A DNA stretch of 57,129 nucleotides from Halocafeteria seosinensis (Eukaryota). Both the position numbers and the translations under genes were made by a program. Shown in pieces: positions 39,136 to 49,785 of this stretch. The stretch is taken from the NCBI GenBank assembly GCA_001687465.1, contig LVLI01000197.1, positions 1 to 57,129 on the forward strand. The letters are read 5' to 3'. Every line of letters begins with the position of its first letter. Positions within the stretch are counted from its first letter, which is position 1. Under the pieces are notes generated by a model that did no database searches, had not been told where the DNA came from, and worked only from the letters and a program-made list of their open reading frames with translations.

Positions 39136-40923
39136 TCATGTTGCGATTGCCGCACTTTTGTTTGTTTTCATGAGGGAGGACAGTTCGTGAACCAATGCGA
39201 GCGCTGCAATATCCCACCGATCGCCAAGCGTCCCAGCCGCCGCGGTCGTTGTGACTGCTGCTTCCGCCTGACACAATGTTGAAACGACATTCTCTACAGG
39301 ATATGCGTCTACAAGAACAGGAAATGGTGTGTGCAATGTCTGCACAACATCTGACATCCGTCGACTAGGTTTATCCACGGTCAACTGCTCTACTTCTTGA
39401 AGAATTCTTGCTATTTCAGCAACCGTTGAAGTGGACTCATACCATCCTCGCAATTCCCATTTGTCCCATGATACTTCAGTAACATCGGGAACATCGCTCA
39501 ACGTTGTTGCAAGCTCCAAAGCTGTCATACATAGTTCCATCACTGTCCGCGCTGCAAACTCTACGCCACGCTGGATCTGTCCTTCAGTCGGACAATCTGG
39601 TGTATTGGTTGGCGTAAGTTCGATAAGAATTGAGCTGTCTTTCGCCACATGCCCACCTCCCTTGCCACCTACTTGTAGCAATAATGTTTCCATTTGTCTA
39701 CGAAGGTTCTGAACTTTTCTCAAAAACGTACCGAGCTTGTCTTTGCCACAGCTTCCACGCACCTTCGCAGTAAACATATCGCACAGGGTATGTAGTCCTG
39801 CAGTCTGAGGCCGACTCAAACTACTTGCTATGTTCGCCACGCTCTTGTATGTCCGCCTTAAGTGTTCAGCGGGGTTTGTAGGAATGCTCATTTCTGCATA
39901 CATACAAAGTGTTCGTTTAGCACTGGTAGGTATTCCGTTGAGCAGCTGTTCACCCGAACATGTACGCGACGTTTCCGTAGGATCGGTAACACAGCGGTGA
40001 ACCGCATACGCCATCTGATACTGGAGTTCCATGAGTTCGGTCTGTGCTTGTTGCAAACATGCAAGTTTGACCACTGACCTATACTCTTCCAAATTGGACC
40101 CTAACATATCGTCGATCAAATCCAATAATTCGCCTGAGGCGGCACTAACAATGCTAAACATGCTGTTTGATTCCCCTCTTACAAAAGCGTAGCAGCTTTC
40201 GAAGAGTCGGAAAAGGCCGTACTCATCCAGCTCACTACGTTCGGGAAACCGTTTACCTTCCAAGCTATACTTCCATTCGCCATCATCATCACCAGATGAT
40301 TTTGGCCGACGGGGAACAGCTGCCGTTTGTCCCAAAGGCAGCAACGATCCTCGGAGGCGCTTGTCAATTGCTTCACAGTCGTGCAGGAATTGGTCTGCTG
40401 ATCTCTCCCGGCCCGGGCTCAGTACAAAGCGACCCTCGGTGTTGCCATAAGACCTCAGCGGTTCAGCGACCACTTGTCTCTCTACCTTGCCATAAACAGT
40501 TCCATCATCAGTAAAGTACGACGGGTCGTCAAAGAAGGATATACCCCGTTGATCCTCGTCAGGAATTGAGCTATCGTAGTTGAGAATTAGCGACGAAACG
40601 TTCCGTGCCTGAAAGATGTCGGAAAGAGTTGTACCCGAGGGTACACAAGCGTCGATGTCTGGCTGATTCGGCGCTCTAATTTCATATCTTCCAAAAACAA
40701 AGGTGGACACGACATACTCTTGGTTGCCATGGGGAAGCAAACAGATCACAGCACAACTGTCCTTTGGCCTCTGACCATAGCGGACGTATGGAAACCGTAA
40801 GTAAATCAGCGGCGGACTCTTCAATTCAGATTTCGATTGTTGTCCAACAGAAGATGTGACGTCGCTGATGTCTAGAGATTTCCTGTAGAATACGGTGGAT
40901 GGTTTTTCTGATTCTGAACCCAT
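39136..40923 (-). CDS. Intronless orphan protein, 595 aa
   Basis: Long uninterrupted ORF with globular-protein-like composition; no motif recognised. Confidence 0.7.
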   Translation of the reverse strand: MGSESEKPSTVFYRKSLDISDVTSSVGQQSKSELKSPPLIYLRFPYVRYGQRPKDSCAVICLLPHGNQEYVVSTFVFGRYEIRAPNQPDIDACVPSGTTLSDIFQARNVSSLILNYDSSIPDEDQRGISFFDDPSYFTDDGTVYGKVERQVVAEPLRSYGNTEGRFVLSPGRERSADQFLHDCEAIDKRLRGSLLPLGQTAAVPRRPKSSGDDDGEWKYSLEGKRFPERSELDEYGLFRLFESCYAFVRGESNSMFSIVSAASGELLDLIDDMLGSNLEEYRSVVKLACLQQAQTELMELQYQMAYAVHRCVTDPTETSRTCSGEQLLNGIPTSAKRTLCMYAEMSIPTNPAEHLRRTYKSVANIASSLSRPQTAGLHTLCDMFTAKVRGSCGKDKLGTFLRKVQNLRRQMETLLLQVGGKGGGHVAKDSSILIELTPTNTPDCPTEGQIQRGVEFAARTVMELCMTALELATTLSDVPDVTEVSWDKWELRGWYESTSTVAEIARILQEVEQLTVDKPSRRMSDVVQTLHTPFPVLVDAYPVENVVSTLCQAEAAVTTTAAAGTLGDRWDIAALALVHELSSLMKTNKSAAIAT

Positions 40924-40991
40924 TATCGGTAACTTCTCAACTGAATCCTTGGGAAGTTTGTTGCCGGCAGCCTGCTGCTATGCAGTTGTGA

Positions 40992-41015
40992 ACACACACA
41001 CACACACACACACAC
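40992..41015. repeat. (AC)12 microsatellite
   Basis: Read directly; ~70 nt upstream of the 595-aa ORF start. Confidence 0.9.
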
Positions 41016-41627
41016 TGTGAAGTATGCCCAATACAGGCTGTTATACAGCGTATGGGAATCGACTAAAGCCTAACGGCCCGTGGGTTTGGATTCCAAAGGA
41101 ATCCTTCGGAAACCTTGGCTTGTTAAAAACCACTTCAACCGTCGGACTTTTACGCTGACAACTACTACTGTACACAAAAATCCGGTCGAGTTCACATTGA
41201 AGTTCCCAACTCTGGAAGTTCAATCAACTTCAATCAAGTGCTTGCGCAAGGACACTTCAATATTCAGCCACTTTACAATTCCATCATAAACCATCCAATT
41301 ACGCCTTACAAAGCATTCATAAGCCTCCGGGTAGCCCACGGCCCGCACACAACGATTCGGCCATCTTGAAAGGCAAATCTAGAGTGTTTTACGACCAAAA
41401 AGTCAAATATGAAGTTTCACAGGGAGGGCCAAATATACAGGTATACAAGAATAGAGTTTATAGCTGACAAACTTTTCGTTATATCGTCATCATCAAACAA
41501 ACAAAAGTACCACTACCGCTAAATTCCAAATCTAGATGCAGTACAGCTCGGTACAAGAGCTAGCTTCGGTGCAGCTCCCCTCAGCGATTCCACTGCACTT
41601 CAGAACGAGAGTTCCATGTTTACTAAG

Positions 41628-42193
41628 CCACCGATACCTACTCCGATTGGAGGTCAGAACAGGAAGAGTACCACCGTGTCTGGTCGGAGCATATCGAATC
41701 CTTCGTTGGCTCAGAGGAAGTCTGCCACGAAGACAACAACCAGTGAGCGTTGCACCAAGCTTTCAAAATCCCGAGAGACAGAGAGAGCAAGAAGGAAAAC
41801 TCCTGCGATGCCTCCGGGGAGCCGTGCAATGGCAACACAAGTACGAATACAAAGAGTATACCTACTACTGTCGTGGACAACATTATCGACTCTCCGTCCT
41901 GTGGTCCAGGCAAGCGCTCGCACACCCTTTCGGACTGCACCAGTTGTGGTGGCAATACCGATGACGAGTCGCTTCACTCCCACTCCCAGTGGCCATCCCA
42001 CGGGCTTAGCACCCGGATCTCCGGGCTTGGAGCCCGGTCAACAAACAGCCGCCTAGACGCTGACGCAGCCGACAATATTTCTCTCTATCATCCGATCTTC
42101 GTTATAGCTTTAAGACGGTCCTGTCAGAAATACACTGGGCACTGTCCCACCTCCCACTCCCATCCGGGCGCAAAGATCTCCGGAGTCCCCTAG
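41628..42193 (+). pseudogene. Possible degraded coding segment
   Basis: The frame of ORF 41750-42193 continues upstream through one TGA into protein-like sequence (DTYSDWRSEQEEYHRVWSEHIE). Several overlapping frames are open; no family recognised. Confidence 0.25.
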
Positions 42194-42400
42194 AGACTTT
42201 GGTTTTGATTCAATGACGTGTTGTCTCTGATGCTGACAAAGTGATTTGCTTTATTTGATTGATTTCGAATTTATCCCTTTATCCAGAAAAGGAAAGGGAA
42301 CAATTGTGTTGGAATCATTTCGCTCAGACAGCGAACACGCGTTCGTACACGCCGAGTTTTCACCTGAAGATTATTGCACATTGCATTGAGCTCTCAGATA

Positions 42401-42941
42401 ATGTGTGCCTATGTACAAACCAAAGCGCCGGCTCGTCCAAGGCGTCAATTGGTGGGACGGCTCCAGATCGGAGATGAACCGCTGCGGAGGATGGTTGAAG
42501 CAGTCAAGGCTACAGTAAAATGGGCGCGACAGAACAACTTTAAGGTCATCAGAAATCCTTGCAGAGACAGTTCTGTTGACTTTGTACTGGAGAAAGCATG
42601 GAGGAATGCGGAGAGAAAGTGTGTGTTGTGTGTTGGTTCGTATGGGATCCCAAGCACAGATGACTGCATCACGGCTCTGCACACAAACAAGTTTTGAAGA
42701 GCAGTACACCGACGTTCTGCGAGAAGAGAAGGAGCATATTATCCGCAGCTACTGGATTCCCTCGCAGAGTGGTTGTACTACGATCTTTGTGTATGCTGAT
42801 ACACTACACAAGGCAGCGACTGATGCTAGAACGTTGATTGATTTGCTCAAGGATCAAGAGGAATCGCCATCAGCCAGCACAGTCTCAGAAAAAGAGGAAC
42901 ACCCCGACACAAGAGTTCACCCTCTATGCATGCAAGTGTAA
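42401..42941 (+). CDS. Orphan gene split into two frames at TTT-TGA (42692-42697); frameshift, intron or pseudogene
   Basis: Overlapping ORFs 42374-42697 and 42576-42941 each carry an SYxIPSxxxCxT motif. Confidence 0.4.
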
Positions 42942-43572
42942 TCCACAAGGCTCTCTGAGTGATGCATCTGAGTGACGTTTTTTCGATTAACTCTACCCTA
43001 GCATAATGCAAGCAAGACTAGCGACGACGAAGATGTGACTGATGGCCCACCGGCAGCTCCAGAAAGGTGGGATGAGCTATATATTATTACTTGTATCAAG
43101 ATGGTGAATTTTTGCTTCCCCTTAGCTCGCTTCGCTCGCTCGGGAAATCAAAACCGCTGACGCTATTCACCATATTCTCGCTTCCTGTAAGGATTCAATT
43201 AGACACAGTATAATATCAGAGAGACACGCGACACGTCCCTGTTTAGAACCCTACCAAAAAGAAACAAAAAACAAAATATTTAAATAGAAAGGCTGTTTGC
43301 AAGGTGTTTACATGTATCCTTCATTCTCTACAAATTTAGGAATATACAACATTGTAGCAAGTTGAATGCTCTGCAAGACAATATTTAAAAGACCCTGTAT
43401 GCACCTATGGAGTGTTGAGATACAGCGCCCAAACCAAACGGTAGCAGCCTCTGTTTGTCCAGACACCGCGGACGGAAGTAGACTGAGTTAAGAAAACATT
43501 ATGGATTGACTCTTACCCCATACTCTCGGAGCAGACGTACTTTATGCAGGTACCACTTCATTTTTGTAGAAT

Positions 43573-43860
43573 ACTTGGCCAGAGAACTTCTAGCGAGACT
43601 ATATTGAGATACAAACATCTCGTTTGACGATTTAGTATAAAAGAACTTCATTCATAACTCAATAGTTTGTCTATGCTATAGGACAAGTTGACGCCCGTTC
43701 TTCGATTGGAGACTTGGCCAGCGAACTTCTAGCGAGACTACATTGAGACACAAACATCTCGTTCGACGATTTAGTATAAAAGAACTTCATTCATAACTCA
43801 ATAGTTTGCTATACCGGTACTGTAGGACAAGTTGACGCCCGTTCTTCGATTGGAGACTTG
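43573..43860. repeat. Tandem repeat, two units (139 and 144 bp)
   Basis: acttggccag..aacttctagcgagact..gatttagtataaaagaacttcattcataactcaatagtttg..ggacaagttgacgcccgttcttcgattggag occurs at 43573 and 43712. Confidence 0.95.
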
Positions 43861-44029
43861 TGGGAATCGCAACCAACGAACGGTACTTGAACAGATGTGG
43901 TCGGATCTTCTGTAGTCGTCGCATACACAATGATAGTAGTAGTCAAAAGAGTTTTCAGAATTTTGAGTTAGACGTAGTGTAGTACTTGTACTAGTAACGA
44001 GGTGGGTATTGACTTGATGGTGGGTGCTG

Positions 44030-45847
44030 CTAATGTTCAATCTTCAACTGAGCTAGGATGCACACGCAATCGTCGGTCGAACTCAAAACTTCGCCATTAT
44101 CACCCGCAGTGCTGCTAGCTAAGTTAGCGGATGCATTTGTGGTGCTACTTTGGTCTTGTTCCTGTGGGCCTCGAGTGATCATCAGCTGAGCCACAGAATC
44201 CGTACCATTGGGGGACTTGCGTTCTATAAGCTTGCATTGATCCTTCAGAACGTAAAATTTTGACTTCAATGTACATGAGGGAATGTTCCAAACTTCTAAT
44301 GTCATCCTTCGGAAGGAAAGAAATACTACCGATCGTTGCTTCTTCTCCAAGCACGTATGCCAAGCCACAGATGCATGGCGATATCCCTTCCATATCCATA
44401 GTATCTGAACGAAACCACCCAAGAATAGAAAAGCATCACGAGGGGGATAGAGCAAACAGTTAGCTATAATTTTTGTCAGCGTCCGCAGACTTACCTGAAG
44501 ATTGTACAAGGATACGAGAATCAGTCTGCCCAAACCATCGTTTGCAATTGCAAAACGGCAACTTGGATCTACACTCAATGATAGCATCTGTCTCTTATGG
44601 TCATAAAACCTGAACATTTTTTCTAAGCGGAAGCACGGCTCTCGAGGCTGGTCTGTGGTTGAGCGATCTGCAGTAGATTCTTGAATTTGTATTTCACTCA
44701 GGACTTCGTATTCCAAAGCACTGCTAACACATACCTCCACCCCAAAACCAATTGATACTGTCGCGTACATATGTTGCTACTTCGTCAAGAGGGGAAAAAT
44801 ATTCTTCTTCAGTAGCATCCCATACAGATAGCTCATTTAATGTCTGCGCTATCAACTTAAAATTGCTCGCATCTGAAGAATCCGTTAGTGGGGTCTTGAA
44901 GCGGGAGGTTAAGCAAAAGTCAACGCAAGACAGCCGTTCCTCCTCAAATGTCCATTTCGTTCGAGCTTGTTTGAGATCAACAGTAATCGCGTTTTCGGTC
45001 GACTTGGCGTACATTCCGTCTTCCAAGAGTCCTATGACCGTATCCATATCGTACTTCACCACTGTTCGATCAGTCAACAACACCCATAGTGTGTCATCTT
45101 CTGCTGAACATGCTCCATCAGTGGCACAACCATTTTGTTTTCTGCAATCGCTTCGAACTGAAACAGCAGATGCCTTGTTTGCCGGATTCGTTTGTTCGTA
45201 AAAGACTCGAGCTGGGTGGGCAGAATGAGCAAACGCTAAGGTCCCTGAGCTGTCTCCGACGACAACGTATCGGCGAAATAAAGAGAAGGTCTTCACGGAT
45301 CCAAAAGAAGTGTTGAGGCGGAACAAGAATGTCCAATCTGTCATGGGAAGCGGTTCTGCATTCCCGGTACTATTCGCCTGCTGAGACGGGAAGTGAGCCA
45401 CAAATACCTCTCCTGATCTCCACATACATGCCAGCATGTAGTCACTGCACACCAAAAGCAGAACAGTGAAGCCACATGTGATATCGTTGACGGCTAATAC
45501 ACGCGTTCATGGGCCCACTCTACATACTTGGCTCGAACTGGAGATGTGATGAGGGCTTTCTCAATGTTTGGGACCGATTTCGGGAGTTCAGACGCCCCAG
45601 ACACCGGTAATGCCGACAAGGGAAACTGAATAGTCATCCAACTGGACCAGTACGTGGACTGTGTAGCATCATCATGGTGTGTTGGGCTCTGTGTGGAGGC
45701 ATTCGTAGCATCTAGCACCTGGGATTCCTGCTTCAACGACGAAGTTTCGGGTTCATTGTGCTCCTCCTCCTCCTCCTCCGCGGATAAATACAGCTCATCA
45801 TCGTCGGATGCTTCTTCGGCAGCAGCAGCAGCAGTAATAGTCTCCAT
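44030..45847 (-). CDS. RAB3GAP2: Rab3 GTPase-activating protein non-catalytic subunit, N-terminal-domain protein; introns 45445-45527, 44668-44734, 44405-44494
   Basis: D..R..LSLSVDPSCRFAIANDGLGRLILV...ILWIWKGYRHASVAW...RRMTLEVW matches the RAB3GAP2_N signature (D.FGRV..D....IRMWKGYRDA..W; RRG.LEVW). Confidence 0.75.
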
Positions 45848-46047
45848 TTTGCTGGTCTATCCAGTAGTAGTAATGGTATGGTTGTACAACAGCTGGGTTG
45901 TAGTGAAGACTACCGACGTAGGAAATGGACTGACAATACATACCATACAGACACAGTTTCAAGGCCTATTCAAGTTTGTTATGTATATGTAAGACAAGGA
46001 ATGAGGGTGTTCATGCATGTCAGTATTGATTGGTAAGTGTGCGTCGC

Positions 46048-47647
46048 TCACTGTCCCTCCTGCAGCTGATTCTCGGCTTCATCGACAAGTAGTTTCTGCA
46101 AGGCAACTGCGCCACGACACAGCTCACATGTCTGGTTTTTCTCTTTGCATTGTGGGCAAAGATTCAGCAGGTCCCAAATATGTTTCCCTAGCGAAGCGAG
46201 ATGACGAGGACTTTTTGGTAAAGACCCCCCACAAGAAGGGGGGAACGGCGATGGCAATTCCCACGTGGAAGTGCTCGAGAGGCCGCTCACCCAGCAGAAA
46301 CGATGGCAAAACCCATGTTTCACTTGATCGTCTCTGAAGAGGGCGACCAGGATGCCGTAGTACGCTTCACATCGATGACATCTCGGAGAGCGCGCAGAGC
46401 AGGCCGGGCAACAACTTTGCTGAACGCCGATCAATTGTCGAATGAAAGACGTCAGATAGCCAGGGAAAAATGTATCCACCTTTTCGGGGGATGGTCTGTC
46501 CACGTCAAAGGACGTTGAGCAAGCTTCCGCAGTGTTGGTCATAATCGAGCACTTTTTCCGGGAGTTCTTGGTCGAGCGACAAAAACTACTTACTGCATTG
46601 GGTACATTGTCATTCCGTTCCCGTTTTCCTGGTGCTTTGGTTTCTGCGGCTGGTGCAGGATGTGCGTCGTCCTCTTCACTCGTCTTCATTGGTCCAGACG
46701 GCCCTGTAAGACATGCCCCTCTTCCACGTACTTGTCTTTTGGCCGTGGTTATAGGCACGCTCTCGAGCCAAGATGACCCCACCGTTGAACTGATTTGCGT
46801 GGTGGTTGCGCTTGAGGGTGACTGTACCTCCCGAGGACTTCTAGACTTGGTAGGTTGGATCGTCGGATTGGAGGGCTCGGGTCCTCTGGAATCCGCTTGT
46901 ATAGTAACACTTGTGAAAGGGAGTGACACAGAAACAGACGATGCTAAGCCTGCCACTTGCGAAGATGATAGAGGTGCTGAGCAGTTGAGCGAGCGTTTTT
47001 CCATACAGCATGTGGCACATAGCACATCTCTGCCATGCTTTTGGAAAGGTTGATTGCAGTTCAAACATATTTGTCGTTGATCGATCTTGATGGCCGACTC
47101 CTGACAGCGCAGATAGGTCACGTATTCGGCAAGGAATATGTCGCCTTGCGTCACCTTAAACGTTTGGCTTCTCGCTAGGTCATGCGCTGTCGTCCACGCT
47201 AGCATCTTTGGATGCAAGAACAGATCATCAACGCGCAATAACTGGAATGTCTTGTTCGTATCCCATGTTGCAGTATGCTCCATGCCAAACACTCTACAAA
47301 GCTGTTGTCACACAGGAAGAACATTGGAGGTCTTTAAAGAAACTGAGCATAGAAACGTACTCCCTTACTTCACATTCGCCTGTGGCTGGATCCAGCGTCC
47401 GCTCCGATGCGCACAAGCATGTGTTGCAGCAACGCTCGGTTCCCAATGGGTGCACATCCATGGGGGAACGCAGCCCCATGCAGTTCATCAAAAGCGCAGC
47501 CCGGATTCGATACCTTCTGTTGTGCGTGTTAGACTTCCTGTTCCGCCAGAGATCAAGTCCTTTATCCGCTTGATCCTTGTCTTCCTGGGGACGAAATACA
47601 ATGTCCCTGGTCGCAATCTTCCGAAGCTTTTCGTAGAGTTCAGTCAT
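46048..47647 (-). CDS. Orphan Cys-rich putative multi-zinc-binding protein (~510 aa); intron 47302-47368
   Basis: The 117-aa and 414-aa ORFs join in frame via a 67-nt GTAAG..CAG intron (GECE|LCRVFG). CxxC pairs: CELC, CLNC/CATC, CPAC/CHRC, CPQC/CELC. Confidence 0.7.
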
Positions 47648-47771
47648 CGTTGCCGTAAATGACCTGCATGTGGGGGCACGTTTGTGAACTTCTTAAGAGG
47701 ACAAAAGATACAAGGGACAATGCATAAGGGGGAACGAGCGGAGTGGGCACTCCCACTCCCACCCACTCCGG

Positions 47772-48430
47772 TGCGACGACAAAAACGTGGGGGGCAACAT
47801 TGCTGGGGGAAACCAAAGGCCGGCAGAAACAAGGGGGCAAGAGAGAAAGTGCTCTTCATGCGCTTTTCTCAGTTGCAATAGACACCTCCGAAAACACAAT
47901 GATGCAAAGTCCGGTTGTTTTTTAGCATGTATTTTCCTAGGTAGACCTGGAAATTCGGACTGGAATCCGCCTTCGTTAAAAATGTCTTCAGGCCATTGCG
48001 ACGACAAAAACGTGGCGGGCAATATTGTGGGGGGAAACCAAAGGGCGGCGGAAACGAGGGGTCAACAAAGAGAAGTTTCTTTATGTACCTTTTTCAGTTG
48101 CGATAGACACGTCCGAAAACACAATGATGTGATGTCCGAATTGTTTCTTAGCATGTATTTTCCTAGGTAGTCCTGGAAATTCAGACTGGAGTAGCCTTCG
48201 TCAGTACTCAAAATCAATACAAGCATGTCGGGCTTCGTATTTTTTTCGTGCCTGGGTACGTCGTTTGTGAAGGACGGAAGGGAGACAGCGACAAAAAACT
48301 TGTGGCGGGGGGGCGCAACACCAGTGGAAACATGGGGGCAACGAAGAAAGTTACTTTTTTCAGGTACCTCCAAAAGGGGCTTCTTCAGATGAAATAAACC
48401 AATAATAAACCTTCGAAAATACAATGAAGC
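47772..48430. repeat. G-rich degenerate tandem repeat, ~225-bp unit, two full copies plus one diverged copy
   Basis: gcgacgacaaaaacgtgg..gggggaaaccaaagg..tcagttgc.atagacac.tccgaaaacacaatgatg..tagcatgtattttcctaggtag.cctggaaattc.gactgga at ~47773 and ~47998; weaker third copy from ~48288. Confidence 0.9.
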
Positions 48431-48621
48431 GAGGGCTTAAATTTTTAGGGTTGGCACAAGTGGCGCACTTTTAGTCTTCAATATATGATTCCATGGTGCT
48501 TCATGTGTGATTCCACCGATATACACGTGATCTCCTCATCGTATATACGTCCCGGGTAAGCAGGCCCCCCTCGAGACCCCCCGGAGGAAAACTACAAAAA
48601 GGCCCAAGGATTCAAATTTAA

Positions 48622-49100
48622 ATGGGTAAAGCACCGCACTGAACATGGGAATATTTCCATATTAAGGACGGCGCAACCCCAGACCCAACTATCAAAAGAT
48701 TCGAAGTGGTCGTGTGCAACTTTTGCGGTAATGATGTGACAGCCAGAACGACTTCATACATGCTGACGCACCTTAAACGTGCGAGAAGGTCCGTGGGTCC
48801 CATCATCAACCAGATAGCGAACAATGGCTCTAAGGATCCACCTCCTCGTGTAATCGATGTATCAGGTGTAAAAAGCCGAAGGCGCTGCTATTGGATCCAA
48901 GCGGACTAAGAGGAAAGAGCCTCCCCGTTTTACTACGCTTTCATATCAGTTCCCAAATCTGTACAGCAGGTCCATTTTTGCTGATTCGAGCTTTGATAGC
49001 TTGCAACATTCCATTCAATGGAGTACCACAGCTCCGAAAGGCTTGTCGATGTGACTTTCAAAGTAATGCTGAAATGGATGGAAAACATGAGCAAAGTGGT
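48622..49100 (+). mobile_element. hAT-superfamily transposase relic (BED zinc finger plus fragment), pseudogenised
   Basis: MGKAPH*TWEYFHI...VCNFCG...MLTHLK is a BED finger with an in-frame stop. Downstream, in another frame, LLIRALIACNIPFN resembles the hAT 'F..CNIPFN' motif. Confidence 0.7.
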
Positions 49101-49785
49101 CGCAGTACATATATGTGTATGACGCCCTTACATACTGGTAACGAATTGATGAAAGCACGGGCGGTCCTCTACGCAGTCTGTCTTGGCTGTATACGATAAT
49201 CGATCGGAGACCAAGTCCTCCAATTTATCAGCCGAGACAGAGTCACCGTCATGTAGCAATGAATCATTGGCGGCATCTTCGGAACTCTTCTCCAGTCGGC
49301 TTCGGCAACGTCACCCTCTTCTTTGAATTGCAGCGGGACCGACAATGAAGGCGTTCAGTGACGCCGTTCACTGCTTCCAACGAAGCGGGTCCAGACACCG
49401 GATGGGCGGCACGGGCGTGCCCCACGCCCTATCCCGGACAAGCTGTGCCACCCTTCCTCTGCACTATCTACAGAAATGGCTCCTCCTTCGTCTTGGGAGG
49501 CTACCGCCAAGGCCTTGACAGCATGTTGTAACCTTTACTACGATGCTAACGTGCGTTCGACTTGCTAAAGCTTCGGTTTGCAAATTGCACGACGGGATGT
49601 TGACAGGCGTATATCATAGGCGTATAAGTACGCCATGGAAGGAGCAGCCTGAATCGACCTCGTTATGTACTGCTATGCGAGAAGCAGAGTTAGACAACTA
49701 GATAGGAACACAAACTACGACATGTTTGATTGATGCGCTTGTTTGATGGGCTATCTTGGGATAGAGGTTTGTAGAGCCGGTTGAT

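Noticed and set aside
44405..44494. Apparent 30-aa insertion in the RAB3GAP2-like ORF
   Set aside because: It is a 90-nt in-frame GTAAG..CAG intron; removing it restores the family motif spacing.
43573..48430. Tandem repeats as a CRISPR-like array
   Set aside because: Units are 140-225 bp with no unique spacers; the context is eukaryotic and there are no cas genes.
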